DNA of 64,000 nucleotides from Patescibacteria group bacterium (GTDB lineage Bacteria; Patescibacteriota; Minisyncoccia; UBA6257; 2-01-FULL-56-20): NCBI GenBank assembly GCA_038063755.1, contig JBBTUL010000006.1, positions 26,910 to 90,909 of the forward strand, read 5' to 3'. Shown piece by piece: positions 1 to 9,048 of this stretch (position 1 is its first letter; each line of letters starts with the position of its first letter). The notes under the pieces were generated by a model. It saw only the letters and a program-made list of their open reading frames with translations, ran no database searches and was not told where the DNA came from. The position numbers and the translations under genes were made by a program.

Positions 1-354
1 TATGGGATCGTTGATTATTCCCCTCTCCTCTCTGATGTCTCCTCGAGCAAAAGCGATGTACGTCTTTTTTATTTCGTGGGACTGAAAAGCGGCTTTTAAC
101 CTCGAAAATGCCTCGCTTGTTCGAGCAACAAGCATCACCCCTGACGTTTCTCGATCAAGCCGATGGACGATTCCTGGACGAATCTTCGGCTCATCGCCGA
201 TGTTTCGAATTTCTGGATATTTTTTAAGAAGCCACTCGACAAGGATCGGAGCTGTTGACTTTCTGGTGTGGGGCAAGGCATGCACCAAATACCCCGACGG
301 CTTGAAAACCGCAATAATGTTTTTACTTTCGTAAACGACGCGCGGCTCTATCAT
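1..354 (-). CDS. RluA-family pseudouridine synthase (partial; N-terminal ~118 aa; 3' end off window)
   Basis: Manual reverse-strand translation gives MIEPRVVYESKNIIAVFKPSGYLVHALPH...GIVHRLDRETSGVMLVA, i.e. the KPxG and HRLD catalytic motifs. The ATG at 354-352 overlaps the TGA of the downstream gene (ATGA). Confidence 0.65.
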   Translation of the reverse strand, partial: MIEPRVVYESKNIIAVFKPSGYLVHALPHTRKSTAPILVEWLLKKYPEIRNIGDEPKIRPGIVHRLDRETSGVMLVARTSEAFSRLKAAFQSHEIKKTYIAFARGDIREERGIINDPI

Positions 355-1046
355 GAAATTCCTTTTGCTCGAAGCGCCTCCTCTGCCCGCTCTAAATCTT
401 CCGGATATCCAACAGGAATCCAGAAATCAACCGTCTCGGCAAATACTTCGCGATCTTTCATGTACGGAACGAGCATGCTGTTGATGAAATACTCTCCTTT
501 CGGCTCAAGTGTCGGAGGATAATCAAAAATTCCTGAGTCGAGTAAATATGCTCCGGCGACGGCAAGCGCACTTTTTGGTTCTTTCGGAGCCTCCTCAAGT
601 CCCAAGATGCGATCGCTTGTGTCTGTTGCTACGATGCCAAAACGATTTGGGTATTCTACGCGAGCGACAAAAAGCGCCAACTCGCGCCGCGCACAGCCTC
701 TCGAAAGCGAAGATTTCTCATGGATGTCGTCGGCATATATCAAAAGAAATCGCTCCCCTTCGGAAACATGCCCCCTACAAAGAAGAAGCGCGTCTCCAGT
801 GCCAAGCTGTTCTCTTTGTTCAACATACGAAATCTTCCTATTGAGCCAGGTTGAACCAAAATAATCCCTGATAACATCTCCCTTGTATCCAACCACCACG
901 ACCACCTCGTCTATCTCGTCTGGAAGAGCATCCATGGTCCACGAAAGGAGCGGCTTCCCCAACAGATAAACCATGGGTTTCGGAACCTCTGTGGTGAGAG
1001 GCATTAGGCGGATTCCTTTTCCCGCTGCGAAAATAAGGGCTTTCAT
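351..1046 (-). CDS. sugar-phosphate nucleotidyltransferase (glucose-1-P thymidylyl/uridylyltransferase-like)
   Basis: N-terminal MKALIFAAGKGIRLMPLTTEVPKPMV is the G-x-G-T-R-L NTP-transferase signature; 231 aa. Confidence 0.7.
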   Translation of the reverse strand: MKALIFAAGKGIRLMPLTTEVPKPMVYLLGKPLLSWTMDALPDEIDEVVVVVGYKGDVIRDYFGSTWLNRKISYVEQREQLGTGDALLLCRGHVSEGERFLLIYADDIHEKSSLSRGCARRELALFVARVEYPNRFGIVATDTSDRILGLEEAPKEPKSALAVAGAYLLDSGIFDYPPTLEPKGEYFINSMLVPYMKDREVFAETVDFWIPVGYPEDLERAEEALRAKGIS

Positions 1047-1055
1047 GAAGAACTG

Positions 1056-1748
1056 TTACTCGATTCCCTTTGCCCTTAATATCTCCTCTGCTTTTTTAAT
1101 GTCTTCCGGGTACGCAACAGGAATCCAAAGCGAGGCCTTCTCGGTTGCGACAGGATAATCGCGAATCATTTTTTTAATGACCGGTGGAAGGTAGTATTCG
1201 CCGTTCGGATGTTTTTCGCCCTCGTACTCAAATATGTGGGAGTCAAAAAGATATGCGCATGTTACCGCCAGGTTGCTTTTTGGATGTTCGGGCTTCTCCT
1301 CAATATCCGTTATGTTCCCACTCTCGTCGACTACTGCGATACCGAAACGCTCGGGGCGATCAACCTCCGAAACAAGGATGGCTCTCTCGTGCAAAAGTAA
1401 TCGATCAAGGCTTTCTTTGTCGCAAATGTCGTCTGTAAATAAGAAAAGAAACCTTTCATCCTGGCCGATGTACGGCCGGGCAAGGTGCAAAGCCGAAAGG
1501 GTCCCGCTTATCTCTTTTTGCTCGATATATACAATGGGATTCTCTCTCCATGTTGTGCCCAAGTGCTCATGAATTTGATCTCCAAGATATCCGAAAACTA
1601 CGATAAGCTCGGTCACCTCGTCGGGAAGATTGTCGAGCGTTCGCCCCAAAAGCGACTTTCCAAGCACCTCGACAAGCGGCTTCGGTTTTGTAAGCGTAAG
1701 CGGCAACATCCGCGTCCCTTTTCCTGCTGTAAGAATAATTGCTTTCAT
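1056..1748 (-). CDS. sugar-phosphate nucleotidyltransferase (paralog of the preceding gene)
   Basis: MKAIILTAGKGTRMLPLTLTKPKPLV; same architecture as 351-1046; tandem paralogs. Confidence 0.7.
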   Translation of the reverse strand: MKAIILTAGKGTRMLPLTLTKPKPLVEVLGKSLLGRTLDNLPDEVTELIVVFGYLGDQIHEHLGTTWRENPIVYIEQKEISGTLSALHLARPYIGQDERFLFLFTDDICDKESLDRLLLHERAILVSEVDRPERFGIAVVDESGNITDIEEKPEHPKSNLAVTCAYLFDSHIFEYEGEKHPNGEYYLPPVIKKMIRDYPVATEKASLWIPVAYPEDIKKAEEILRAKGIE

Positions 1749-1752
1749 TGTG

Positions 1753-1824
1753 TGCGCGTGGAAGGAATCGAACCTTCGACCTCTGTCTTATCAGGACAGC
1801 GTTCTACCATTGAACTACACGCGC
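1753..1824 (-). tRNA. tRNA-Ile (anticodon GAT)
   Basis: Reverse complement folds as a cloverleaf: acceptor GCGCGTG/CACGCGC, D stem GTTC/GAAC, anticodon stem CTGTC/GACAG with loop CTGATAA, T arm GAAGG-TTCGATT-CCTTC. CCA is not encoded. Confidence 0.8.
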
Positions 1825-2010
1825 CCAACTTCGCCTCGACCAATGTCGCAGCTCCGAAGGGCGAACGTCGCGACTGGGACGCAACTTGTCCGTCCGAAGC
1901 TCAAGTGCAAGCTTAAGCGTAGGCGGAAACTACACGCGCTCGTACGCTTGAAAATATACTAAATAGCTCGTCAAAAATCAAAGGTTGGTACAAAGCGGTC
2001 GGTGCGCGCG

Positions 2011-2073
2011 CGAGGGATCGGACCTCGGACCTCTTCAATGTCAATGAAGCGCTCTACCACTGAGCTACGCGCG
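2011..2073 (-). tRNA. tRNA-Val (anticodon GAC)
   Basis: Acceptor GCGCGCG/CGCGCGC, D arm GCTC-AGTGGTA-GAGC, anticodon stem CTTCA/TGAAG with loop TTGACAT, T arm CGAGG-TCCGATC-CCTCG, then A-CC. Confidence 0.8.
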
Positions 2074-2097
2074 CAAAAACATCCATCTCCGAAAGGG

Positions 2098-2126
2098 AGT
2101 TTAGCAAGATACTACTATTTTTTCAA
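2098..2126 (-). promoter_or_regulatory. sigma70-like promoter for the tRNA-Val/tRNA-Ile transcript
   Basis: On the minus strand: TTGAAA, a 17-nt spacer, then TAAACT, about 25 nt upstream of the tRNA-Val 5' end. Confidence 0.35.
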
Positions 2127-2134
2127 CGTCCGAA

Positions 2135-2356
2135 TTAAAAGTTTGAACCGCCTCGAAGATCAAGCCTTCCTGCGGCGCCTGTGTCGAATTCTATTCCGCC
2201 GGAAGACCTGCTTGGTGTCTCAAGCGCGTCTCCGACGTTCTTTGCAAGAAAGGTGATCCCCCAGCTAAAAAAAAGGATGATGACGAAAAGGAGAAGTGCC
2301 GCACAGAGCGCGAGAATCCAATCTTCGTGTGATTTTAGAAATGATCGTATTTTCAT
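2135..2356 (-). CDS. small membrane protein (hypothetical), translationally coupled to the PilO-like gene
   Basis: 73 aa with one hydrophobic helix. Its ATG overlaps the upstream TAA (TAATG). Confidence 0.35.
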   Translation of the reverse strand: MKIRSFLKSHEDWILALCAALLLFVIILFFSWGITFLAKNVGDALETPSRSSGGIEFDTGAAGRLDLRGGSNF

Positions 2357-2886
2357 TATTTAAAAAATGCTTTTCCGAAAACGTCTCCGCGATATCCTTC
2401 GGAAGACGGAACGAGATCAATCGTCTCGATATTTATTAGAAACTGAGTCGACTGCGTTTCGAAAAACTTAATCAAGCTCTGAATGTTTTGCTCCGACCCA
2501 GCTGTTCGAAGAACAAACTGCACGTATCCGGGCCGTCCATCTTGCGGTTCCGTTGGGCTGCCCTGAAAGGAAAATGAGGCCGACATATCATAGGTGCGAG
2601 CCGTTGCCTCGAAAAATCTCCCAAGACCAAAAAGGCCGTCTCGCGCCGGAAGGAGGGAGTCTATCTTTTTTTTGTACGACTCGGCCGCAGCCTCTCCCCT
2701 CTTCAGACCCGCAAGATTATCGAGAGCAAACGAACGCTCTGCAATGCGCATCCTGTTGTTTCTGATACTCACGCTCGTTTTTTCGATTTGCAGTTCTAAT
2801 ATATAGAGAACTCCGATGCCAAGAAGGATGCTCCCAAAAATGATGCTGAGATTAAAAATGAAACGCCCCCTAAACTCATCTTTCAT
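2356..2886 (-). CDS. PilO-like type IV pilus assembly protein
   Basis: 176 aa with an N-terminal TM (IIFGSILLGIGVLYIL), a coiled-coil segment and a periplasmic C-terminal domain; size and topology match PilO/GspM. Confidence 0.4.
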   Translation of the reverse strand: MKDEFRGRFIFNLSIIFGSILLGIGVLYILELQIEKTSVSIRNNRMRIAERSFALDNLAGLKRGEAAAESYKKKIDSLLPARDGLFGLGRFFEATARTYDMSASFSFQGSPTEPQDGRPGYVQFVLRTAGSEQNIQSLIKFFETQSTQFLINIETIDLVPSSEGYRGDVFGKAFFK

Positions 2887-2945
2887 GCCTTAAGTATATC
2901 AGAAGGTTTTAGAAACATTTTATTTCGGCGAGCGATAATACCCAT

Positions 2946-3953
2946 ATGGAGCAATCGGCGTATCACGTCCTGGCAAAAAGAACCTCTGGTTCGTACACGG
3001 AGCTTGCCCGCTTGAAGGAGCGCTATGGCACTTGGAGATTCGCGCTCAAGGAGAAATTCGGACAAACTGCAAGCGACGAAGACCTCCTGGACCTTGAACC
3101 GATACCGGCAAGACTCATTTTAAAAGAGGAAATTGGATTCCCAGTCCTTCTTAGGGAGATGCCCAACCCGCCGCATGGAATTTATGTGATCGGAAAACTG
3201 GATGGGCAAAAAACCGTTGGCATCGTGGGAACTCGCAAAGCAACCCCTTCGGGGCTTGATGCTTCATACGCCTTCGCAAGCTTTCTGGCAGAACATAAAA
3301 TAATCGTTATAAGCGGCCTTGCATTCGGCATCGACGCAGAAGCGCACCGGGGAGCAACCGATGCGAAGGGCATAAGCCTTGCTGTGCTCCCGTGCGGAAT
3401 TGATTCCATATATCCGAAAACGCATAAAGCTCTTGCAGAAAAGATCCTCGCCCTCGGTGGCGCCCTCATTTCGGAATATCCTCCAGGGATACCGGCGCTT
3501 CCCTACCGCTTCCTTGAAAGAAACAGGGTCATAAGCGGCCTTTCAAGCGCCATCGTCGTAATTGAAGCACCGATGCGCTCAGGTTCGCTCGCCACCACGC
3601 GCTTCGCCCTTGAACAAAACCGCGAAATATTCGTCGTCCCCGGACCAGCAACTCATAGAAACTATAAGGGATCACATGCACTCATCCGATCGGGAGCTCG
3701 CCTGGTAACCTCTCCGGAAGAAATTCTAAGCGACATGAACATCGAAACGTCCGTTGAAGAAACATTATCGCAAGACGAATCTGCTGTTTTACGGACGATA
3801 CAAGGCTCTGCGGAACCGCTCGTAGTTGACGAAATTATTGGACGCACTACACTCACGACATCCGCCGTGTGCTGCGCCCTAAGCCTTCTTGCTCTGAAAG
3901 GCATAATACGCGAAAACGGAGGAGGTTATACTATTATAGATACACACACATGA
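2946..3953 (+). CDS. dprA: DNA processing protein DprA (Smf)
   Basis: IGIVGTRKATPSGL...ISGLAFGIDAEAHRGA...SGLSSAIVVIEAPMRSGSLATTRFALEQNREIFVVPG are the classic DprA Rossmann motifs. The stop overlaps the topA start (ATGA). Confidence 0.85.
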   Translation: MEQSAYHVLAKRTSGSYTELARLKERYGTWRFALKEKFGQTASDEDLLDLEPIPARLILKEEIGFPVLLREMPNPPHGIYVIGKLDGQKTVGIVGTRKATPSGLDASYAFASFLAEHKIIVISGLAFGIDAEAHRGATDAKGISLAVLPCGIDSIYPKTHKALAEKILALGGALISEYPPGIPALPYRFLERNRVISGLSSAIVVIEAPMRSGSLATTRFALEQNREIFVVPGPATHRNYKGSHALIRSGARLVTSPEEILSDMNIETSVEETLSQDESAVLRTIQGSAEPLVVDEIIGRTTLTTSAVCCALSLLALKGIIRENGGGYTIIDTHT

Positions 3954-6169
3954 AGCTCGTTATAGTAGAGTCGCCAACGAAGGCGAAGACCATATCAAAA
4001 TTCCTTGGAAAAGGATACGAGGTGCAGTCCTCGTATGGGCATGTCCGCGACCTTCCAAAAAGCAAGCTCGGCATCGACGTCGAGAACGACTTCACTCCAC
4101 AATACTTAATCCCCAAAAAAGCCCTTCCAAACGTTGCAGAGCTTCGAAAATTCGCCGATAAAGCAAAAGAGATCGTTCTTGCGACCGACGAAGACAGAGA
4201 AGGTGAGGCAATCGCGTGGCACCTCATAAGCGCGCTTGAGCTGGAGAAAAGAAAGGTGAAGCCAGATATAAAGCGTATTGTATTCCACGAAATCACCGAA
4301 TCCGCCATACGGGAGGCCATAACCCACCCTCGCGAGATAGACCTGCACCTTGTCGACGCCCAACAGGCAAGAAGAATTCTCGATCGCCTCGTGGGGTACG
4401 AGTTGTCCCCGTTTTTATGGCGCAAAGTCCGCTACGGCCTTTCTGCCGGTCGCGTACAGAGCGTCACAGTCCGGCTCATCGTTGAACGTGAACGAGAAAT
4501 CCAAAAGTTCATACGGGAAGAATACTGGTCGCTCGAAGCCCTTTGTAATAAAAAGGGCGACAAGCAAACATTCCGAGCACGCCTGTATGCGGTAGATGGA
4601 AAGTCTCTCGGAAAGATGGACCTTGTAAGCGAAAAGGAGTCATCGCTCCTCGCGAAAGAAATCAAAGAGCGCTCTTACTCTGTTGAGCGCGTAACCGTGA
4701 AAGAATTGTCCCGAAACCCATCGGCTCCATTTACCACATCAACCCTTCAACAAGAAGCGGCGCGAAAGCTCGGTTTTTCAGCGAAACAAACCATGGTACT
4801 TGCTCAACGCCTTTACGAAAACGGCCACATCACCTACATGAGAACCGACAGCGTGAATCTCGCAAAAAGCGCGCTTCTACAGGCGAAAGAAGTAGTGCAC
4901 GAACTTTTCGGCGCGCCGTATGCGCTCGAAGTTCCACGTCAATTCACAAATAGATCGAAGGGAGCGCAGGAGGCGCATGAAGCAGTCCGCCCAACAGACC
5001 TTTCGAAAAAAACCGGAAAGGAAATCGGCGCAAAAGAACGAGGCATTGAGCGCCTCTATGATCTTATCTGGAAAAGAACCATTGCCTCTCAAATGCAAAA
5101 TGCCCTTCTTGAACAAACCGCGACAGACATAAAGAGCGATGACGGACACATTACGCTTCGCGCGAACGGCCAAGTTGTAAAGTTTGATGGATTCATTCGA
5201 GCGTATACCGAAGGCAAGGACGAGGAAGGCGCCGAAGACGAAGACGACGAAACACTGCCACAGCTTAAAGAAGGAGATTCTATAGAAGTGGACTCTGCAA
5301 ATCCTCTGCAGCACTTTACCGAACCGCCTCCGCGATATACCGATGCAACGCTCGTAAAAGCACTCGAAACCGAAGGGATAGGGCGTCCATCCACATATGC
5401 TCCGACACTTTCGACTATTCAAGAGAGAGGATACGTTGAAAAAATCGAGAAGCGATACTCTCCGACAGAAATCGGTTTTGTTGTAAACGACCTGCTGGTT
5501 GAAAACTTTCCGGAAATCGTTGATATTAAATTCACTTCGCACGTCGAAGAAGAGCTCGACGAAGTCGCCGAGGGGAAAATCGAATGGCGAAAAGTATGCA
5601 GAGAGTTCTACGGCCCCTTCAAAGAAAATCTAAAGAAAAAGGAAATTGAAGTTGAAAAACACATCGAAATTTCTGAAACTCCATGCCCTCACTGCCAAAA
5701 GATCATGATGATTAAGTTCGGCAGGATGGGAAAATTCCTCGCCTGTCCCGATCCGGAAAGCAAAGTAACGCTCCCCATGCCGGAGGAGGCGGCAAAAATA
5801 AAAGAGCTTGAAGAAAAAACGCGAGATGAGCGCTGTTCTCTCTGCGGCGGACCCATGAATGTAAAACGCGGAAGATTTGGTTTCTTCCTTGGCTGTAGTA
5901 AATACCCAGAATGCAAAGGCATATCCCGAATATGGAATAGAATCGGATTTAAGTGTCCTCATTGCACATTGGGCGATGTAGTTGAAAAAAAGTCGCGAGG
6001 AAGAGGAAAACCATTCTTTGCATGCACAAGATGGCCGGAATGCACTTTCATTACAAATAAAAAGCCTGAATCAGAAGAGGAGCTTGCCCAAGCGCTTGTC
6101 GCGTGGAAAGAAAAGCAGGCCGAACCAAAGGAATCTCAAAAAAAGCCACGCCTAAGAAAGAAGAAGTAA
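3950..6169 (+). CDS. topA: DNA topoisomerase I
   Basis: Begins MKLVIVESPTKAKTISKFLGKGYEV (Toprim). Includes TDEDREGEAIAWH and the GHITYMRTDS active-site Tyr region. The C-terminus has several C4 zinc ribbons (CPHCQ...CP, CSLCGG...C, CPHC...C). The listed ORF start at 3869 is trimmed to the ATG at 3950. Confidence 0.9.
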   Translation: MKLVIVESPTKAKTISKFLGKGYEVQSSYGHVRDLPKSKLGIDVENDFTPQYLIPKKALPNVAELRKFADKAKEIVLATDEDREGEAIAWHLISALELEKRKVKPDIKRIVFHEITESAIREAITHPREIDLHLVDAQQARRILDRLVGYELSPFLWRKVRYGLSAGRVQSVTVRLIVEREREIQKFIREEYWSLEALCNKKGDKQTFRARLYAVDGKSLGKMDLVSEKESSLLAKEIKERSYSVERVTVKELSRNPSAPFTTSTLQQEAARKLGFSAKQTMVLAQRLYENGHITYMRTDSVNLAKSALLQAKEVVHELFGAPYALEVPRQFTNRSKGAQEAHEAVRPTDLSKKTGKEIGAKERGIERLYDLIWKRTIASQMQNALLEQTATDIKSDDGHITLRANGQVVKFDGFIRAYTEGKDEEGAEDEDDETLPQLKEGDSIEVDSANPLQHFTEPPPRYTDATLVKALETEGIGRPSTYAPTLSTIQERGYVEKIEKRYSPTEIGFVVNDLLVENFPEIVDIKFTSHVEEELDEVAEGKIEWRKVCREFYGPFKENLKKKEIEVEKHIEISETPCPHCQKIMMIKFGRMGKFLACPDPESKVTLPMPEEAAKIKELEEKTRDERCSLCGGPMNVKRGRFGFFLGCSKYPECKGISRIWNRIGFKCPHCTLGDVVEKKSRGRGKPFFACTRWPECTFITNKKPESEEELAQALVAWKEKQAEPKESQKKPRLRKKK

Positions 6170-6226
6170 CAGCGTAGCCTGCTCCTCCTCAAAAACGACT
6201 TCCTGGTTGCGAGAAGCGGACCTACG

Positions 6227-7945
6227 GTGGATACTAAGTCTATGACCATTAGGGAAATAGTAAAAAGTAGTCCGGATGGGATGATTGCGAAAGCATTCGC
6301 ATTTTCGGAAAAGGCACATCGAGGGCAAAAACGCTCAAGCGGAGAGCCTTATTTTAACCATGTGCTTCAAACTGCACAATTCCTCCATGATTGGCACCTT
6401 GATGAACAGACCGTAGTCGCCGGACTTCTTCACGATACCGTCGAAGACACCGGCGTCGCCACCGAAACAATAGAGAAAGAATTCGGAAGAGAAGTCGCAT
6501 TTCTTGTTGAAGGCGTCACGAAGCTCGGGCGCCTTAAGTATCGAGGCGCAGAGACAACAAAGGCTGAGAATTTGCGAAAAATGATTCTTGCTATTTCGGA
6601 GGATTTGCGCGTGGTTTTCATCAAGCTTGCGGACAGACTCCACAACATGCAGACACTCAAGGCGCTTTCTCCTCAGGCACAAAGGCGCATTGCTCTTGAA
6701 ACAGATGAGATTTATGCGTCACTTGCTTATCGACTCGGCATGCAACATGTAAGCGGAGAGCTTCAAGACCTCGCATTTTCTTATCTGCACCCGAAAGAAG
6801 CAAGATGGCTCGAAGCGCATACGCTCGAAGCGTATGAGGAAAGAACAAAATATTTGCAAAAGATAAAGCCGGACGTTGAAGAGCTTCTCGTCCAAAACGG
6901 CATCAAACCGCTTATTATAGACTTCCGGGCGAAACGGCTTTCGAGTCTCTACAAAAAAATGCAGCGAAACGCGATGGACCTCGATCAAATATTTGATCTC
7001 GTTGCAATGCGCATCATCGTAAAGAGCACCGAAGAATGTTATGCGGTGCTTGGCATCATTCACGGAGCGTGGCCCCCCCTCCCCGGAAGGATTAAGGACT
7101 ATATTGCCATGCCAAAACCAAACGGATACAGAAGTCTTCATACCACGATCATCGGGCCAGAGAGGAAAGCTGTCGAATTTCAAATCCGCACGAAAGAAAT
7201 GCACGAAGAGGCCGAAACTGGGATCGCGGCTCACTGGGTGTATAAACAGAAAGAAAAAAAATCTGGCAAGACACAGCCGTCGAATGAGAACATAAATGAT
7301 GACCTTCTTTGGGTGCAAGAGCTTCGCCGGTGGCAGGAAGTTTATGGAGAGCAAATATCTGATCCGGGGAAATTCCTTGAGTCCATGAAGATAGACTTCT
7401 TCAAGAAGCGCATCTTTGCAATCACTCCCCGAGGAGAGGTCATCGACCTTCCTGCAGGTGCAACCCCGGTAGACTTCGCATACCACATCCACACCGACGT
7501 TGGGAGCGGGTGTGTTGGCGCGAAGGTAAATCAGCGCATTGTTCCCCTAGATCATGAACTTCAGTCTGGAGATATGGTGGAAATAGTTACGCAAAAGAAC
7601 AAAAAACCGTCATCGGATTGGCTGCGCTTTGTCAAAACCGCCGCTGCGAAAGATAAAATTCGGTCCTCACTCAGAAAAAAACATCGCCTCATGGACCATG
7701 AACCGCAAAGAACAGAATTCCGCGTCGTTGTTGAGGATAGAACCGGACTCATCAAAGACGTCTCTGCCGCCATCGCTCGCTCTCACATAAGCATCACGCA
7801 CCTTGAAACAAACGTTTCCCCCGGAAGCCGGTTTCCCGTCGATAAAGTCGTCTGCGATATAACGGAAAAGCAAAAGATTGAGAAGCTGATTCTGAAGTTA
7901 AAACAAATTAAGGGAGTGCGAGAAATAACCTATCGGCTGATATAA
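6227..7945 (+). CDS. RelA/SpoT-family (p)ppGpp synthetase/hydrolase (short, 572 aa)
   Basis: HD hydrolase domain (HVLQTAQFLHDWHLDEQTVVAGLLHDTVEDT), a RelA/SpoT synthetase region, a TGS-like segment and a C-terminal ACT-like segment. Confidence 0.8.
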   Translation: MDTKSMTIREIVKSSPDGMIAKAFAFSEKAHRGQKRSSGEPYFNHVLQTAQFLHDWHLDEQTVVAGLLHDTVEDTGVATETIEKEFGREVAFLVEGVTKLGRLKYRGAETTKAENLRKMILAISEDLRVVFIKLADRLHNMQTLKALSPQAQRRIALETDEIYASLAYRLGMQHVSGELQDLAFSYLHPKEARWLEAHTLEAYEERTKYLQKIKPDVEELLVQNGIKPLIIDFRAKRLSSLYKKMQRNAMDLDQIFDLVAMRIIVKSTEECYAVLGIIHGAWPPLPGRIKDYIAMPKPNGYRSLHTTIIGPERKAVEFQIRTKEMHEEAETGIAAHWVYKQKEKKSGKTQPSNENINDDLLWVQELRRWQEVYGEQISDPGKFLESMKIDFFKKRIFAITPRGEVIDLPAGATPVDFAYHIHTDVGSGCVGAKVNQRIVPLDHELQSGDMVEIVTQKNKKPSSDWLRFVKTAAAKDKIRSSLRKKHRLMDHEPQRTEFRVVVEDRTGLIKDVSAAIARSHISITHLETNVSPGSRFPVDKVVCDITEKQKIEKLILKLKQIKGVREITYRLI

Positions 7946-7947
7946 AT

Positions 7948-9048
7948 CTACACTCTTGAAAGAAAGAAGATAACGAGTCCCAAAGAAACCGAGATCGCAG
8001 AGACAATCCAAAAACGCATCGTAACCTGCGATTCTGGCCAGCCAAGAGCTTCAAAGTGGTGATGAATCGGTGTCGAACGAAAAACCTTTTTCCCTCCTCG
8101 CAGCTTTTTACTAAGAATCTGGATAATTACAGAAAGAGATTCGACAACCGGGATAATTGCGAAAAATGGAAGAAGTAGGGCTGTATTGGTAAGCATCGCT
8201 GTTACACCAAGCGTGATGCCGAGCGCCATAGATCCGGTATCTCCCATAAAAAATCTCGCGGGATAAATATTAAACCAGAGAAATGCAAGCAGCGTTCCGA
8301 CCATAATTCCGCAAAAAGCGGCAAGATCAAAGCGTCCGAGAACAAAAGCTACCACGGTCAAGGCGACGAAAGAAAAAAGGGAAACGCCGCCCAAAAGACC
8401 ATCGAGACCATCTGTTTCATTTGCGGAAAATGCACTTGCAATAATAATAAAAATGAAAATTGGCACATACCATCCCCCAATCTCGACGTTCCCAAAAAAG
8501 GGAATGGTGAGAACGTCCCATTCAAGGCGATAGTAGAACCACCATGCGCCAATTGCGGCGAAGGCGGCGTAGAGGATAAGTTTATGTCTTACTTTTATTC
8601 CGCCACCTTTTGCCCCTCCGAGTCGAAGCATGCCAAGCCAGTCATCAAGCAGTCCAGCAATAGCTGCGATAAAAAGCGCCGTAAGAGGCAAATACGTCTC
8701 TGCACGATTGATAAAGTTAAAATACTTCCAAAAGCCATCAAAGATATTGCTTAAAATTGCGAAAATAAGCGCGAGTCCGATTGTGGTTCCCCAGATTACG
8801 ACACCGCCACCAGTCGGAGTCCCTGCTTTTTTTTCGTGAAAAGAGGAAAATATCGGCGCCTCGTTCGCGTCTCGGATCTGCTTTCCAAATCCATATTTTT
8901 TTAAAAACCGAATCCAGAGCGGCGTAACAGAAAACGCCACAAGGAATGCGATTGTAGTGAGAACGATAACCCTAGTTGCCTGAAGTAAAATCATTAATAA
9001 ACCAGTTCCAAAGTGCCTTTGTTGCTCCAAATCGATCTTCTGTACCAA
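7948..9048 (-). CDS. mraY: phospho-N-acetylmuramoyl-pentapeptide transferase (MraY; GT4 MraY/WecA family)
   Basis: Polytopic membrane protein with TPTGGG, NETDGLDGL and the MGDTGS motif. Confidence 0.75.
   Translation of the reverse strand: MVQKIDLEQQRHFGTGLLMILLQATRVIVLTTIAFLVAFSVTPLWIRFLKKYGFGKQIRDANEAPIFSSFHEKKAGTPTGGGVVIWGTTIGLALIFAILSNIFDGFWKYFNFINRAETYLPLTALFIAAIAGLLDDWLGMLRLGGAKGGGIKVRHKLILYAAFAAIGAWWFYYRLEWDVLTIPFFGNVEIGGWYVPIFIFIIIASAFSANETDGLDGLLGGVSLFSFVALTVVAFVLGRFDLAAFCGIMVGTLLAFLWFNIYPARFFMGDTGSMALGITLGVTAMLTNTALLLPFFAIIPVVESLSVIIQILSKKLRGGKKVFRSTPIHHHFEALGWPESQVTMRFWIVSAISVSLGLVIFFLSRV

Noticed and set aside
4877-5542. 221-aa antisense ORF within topA, plus further antisense ORFs inside topA, rel/spoT (6719-7492) and mraY (8358-8839)
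   Set aside because: They sit inside strongly supported genes on the opposite strand and show no motifs.
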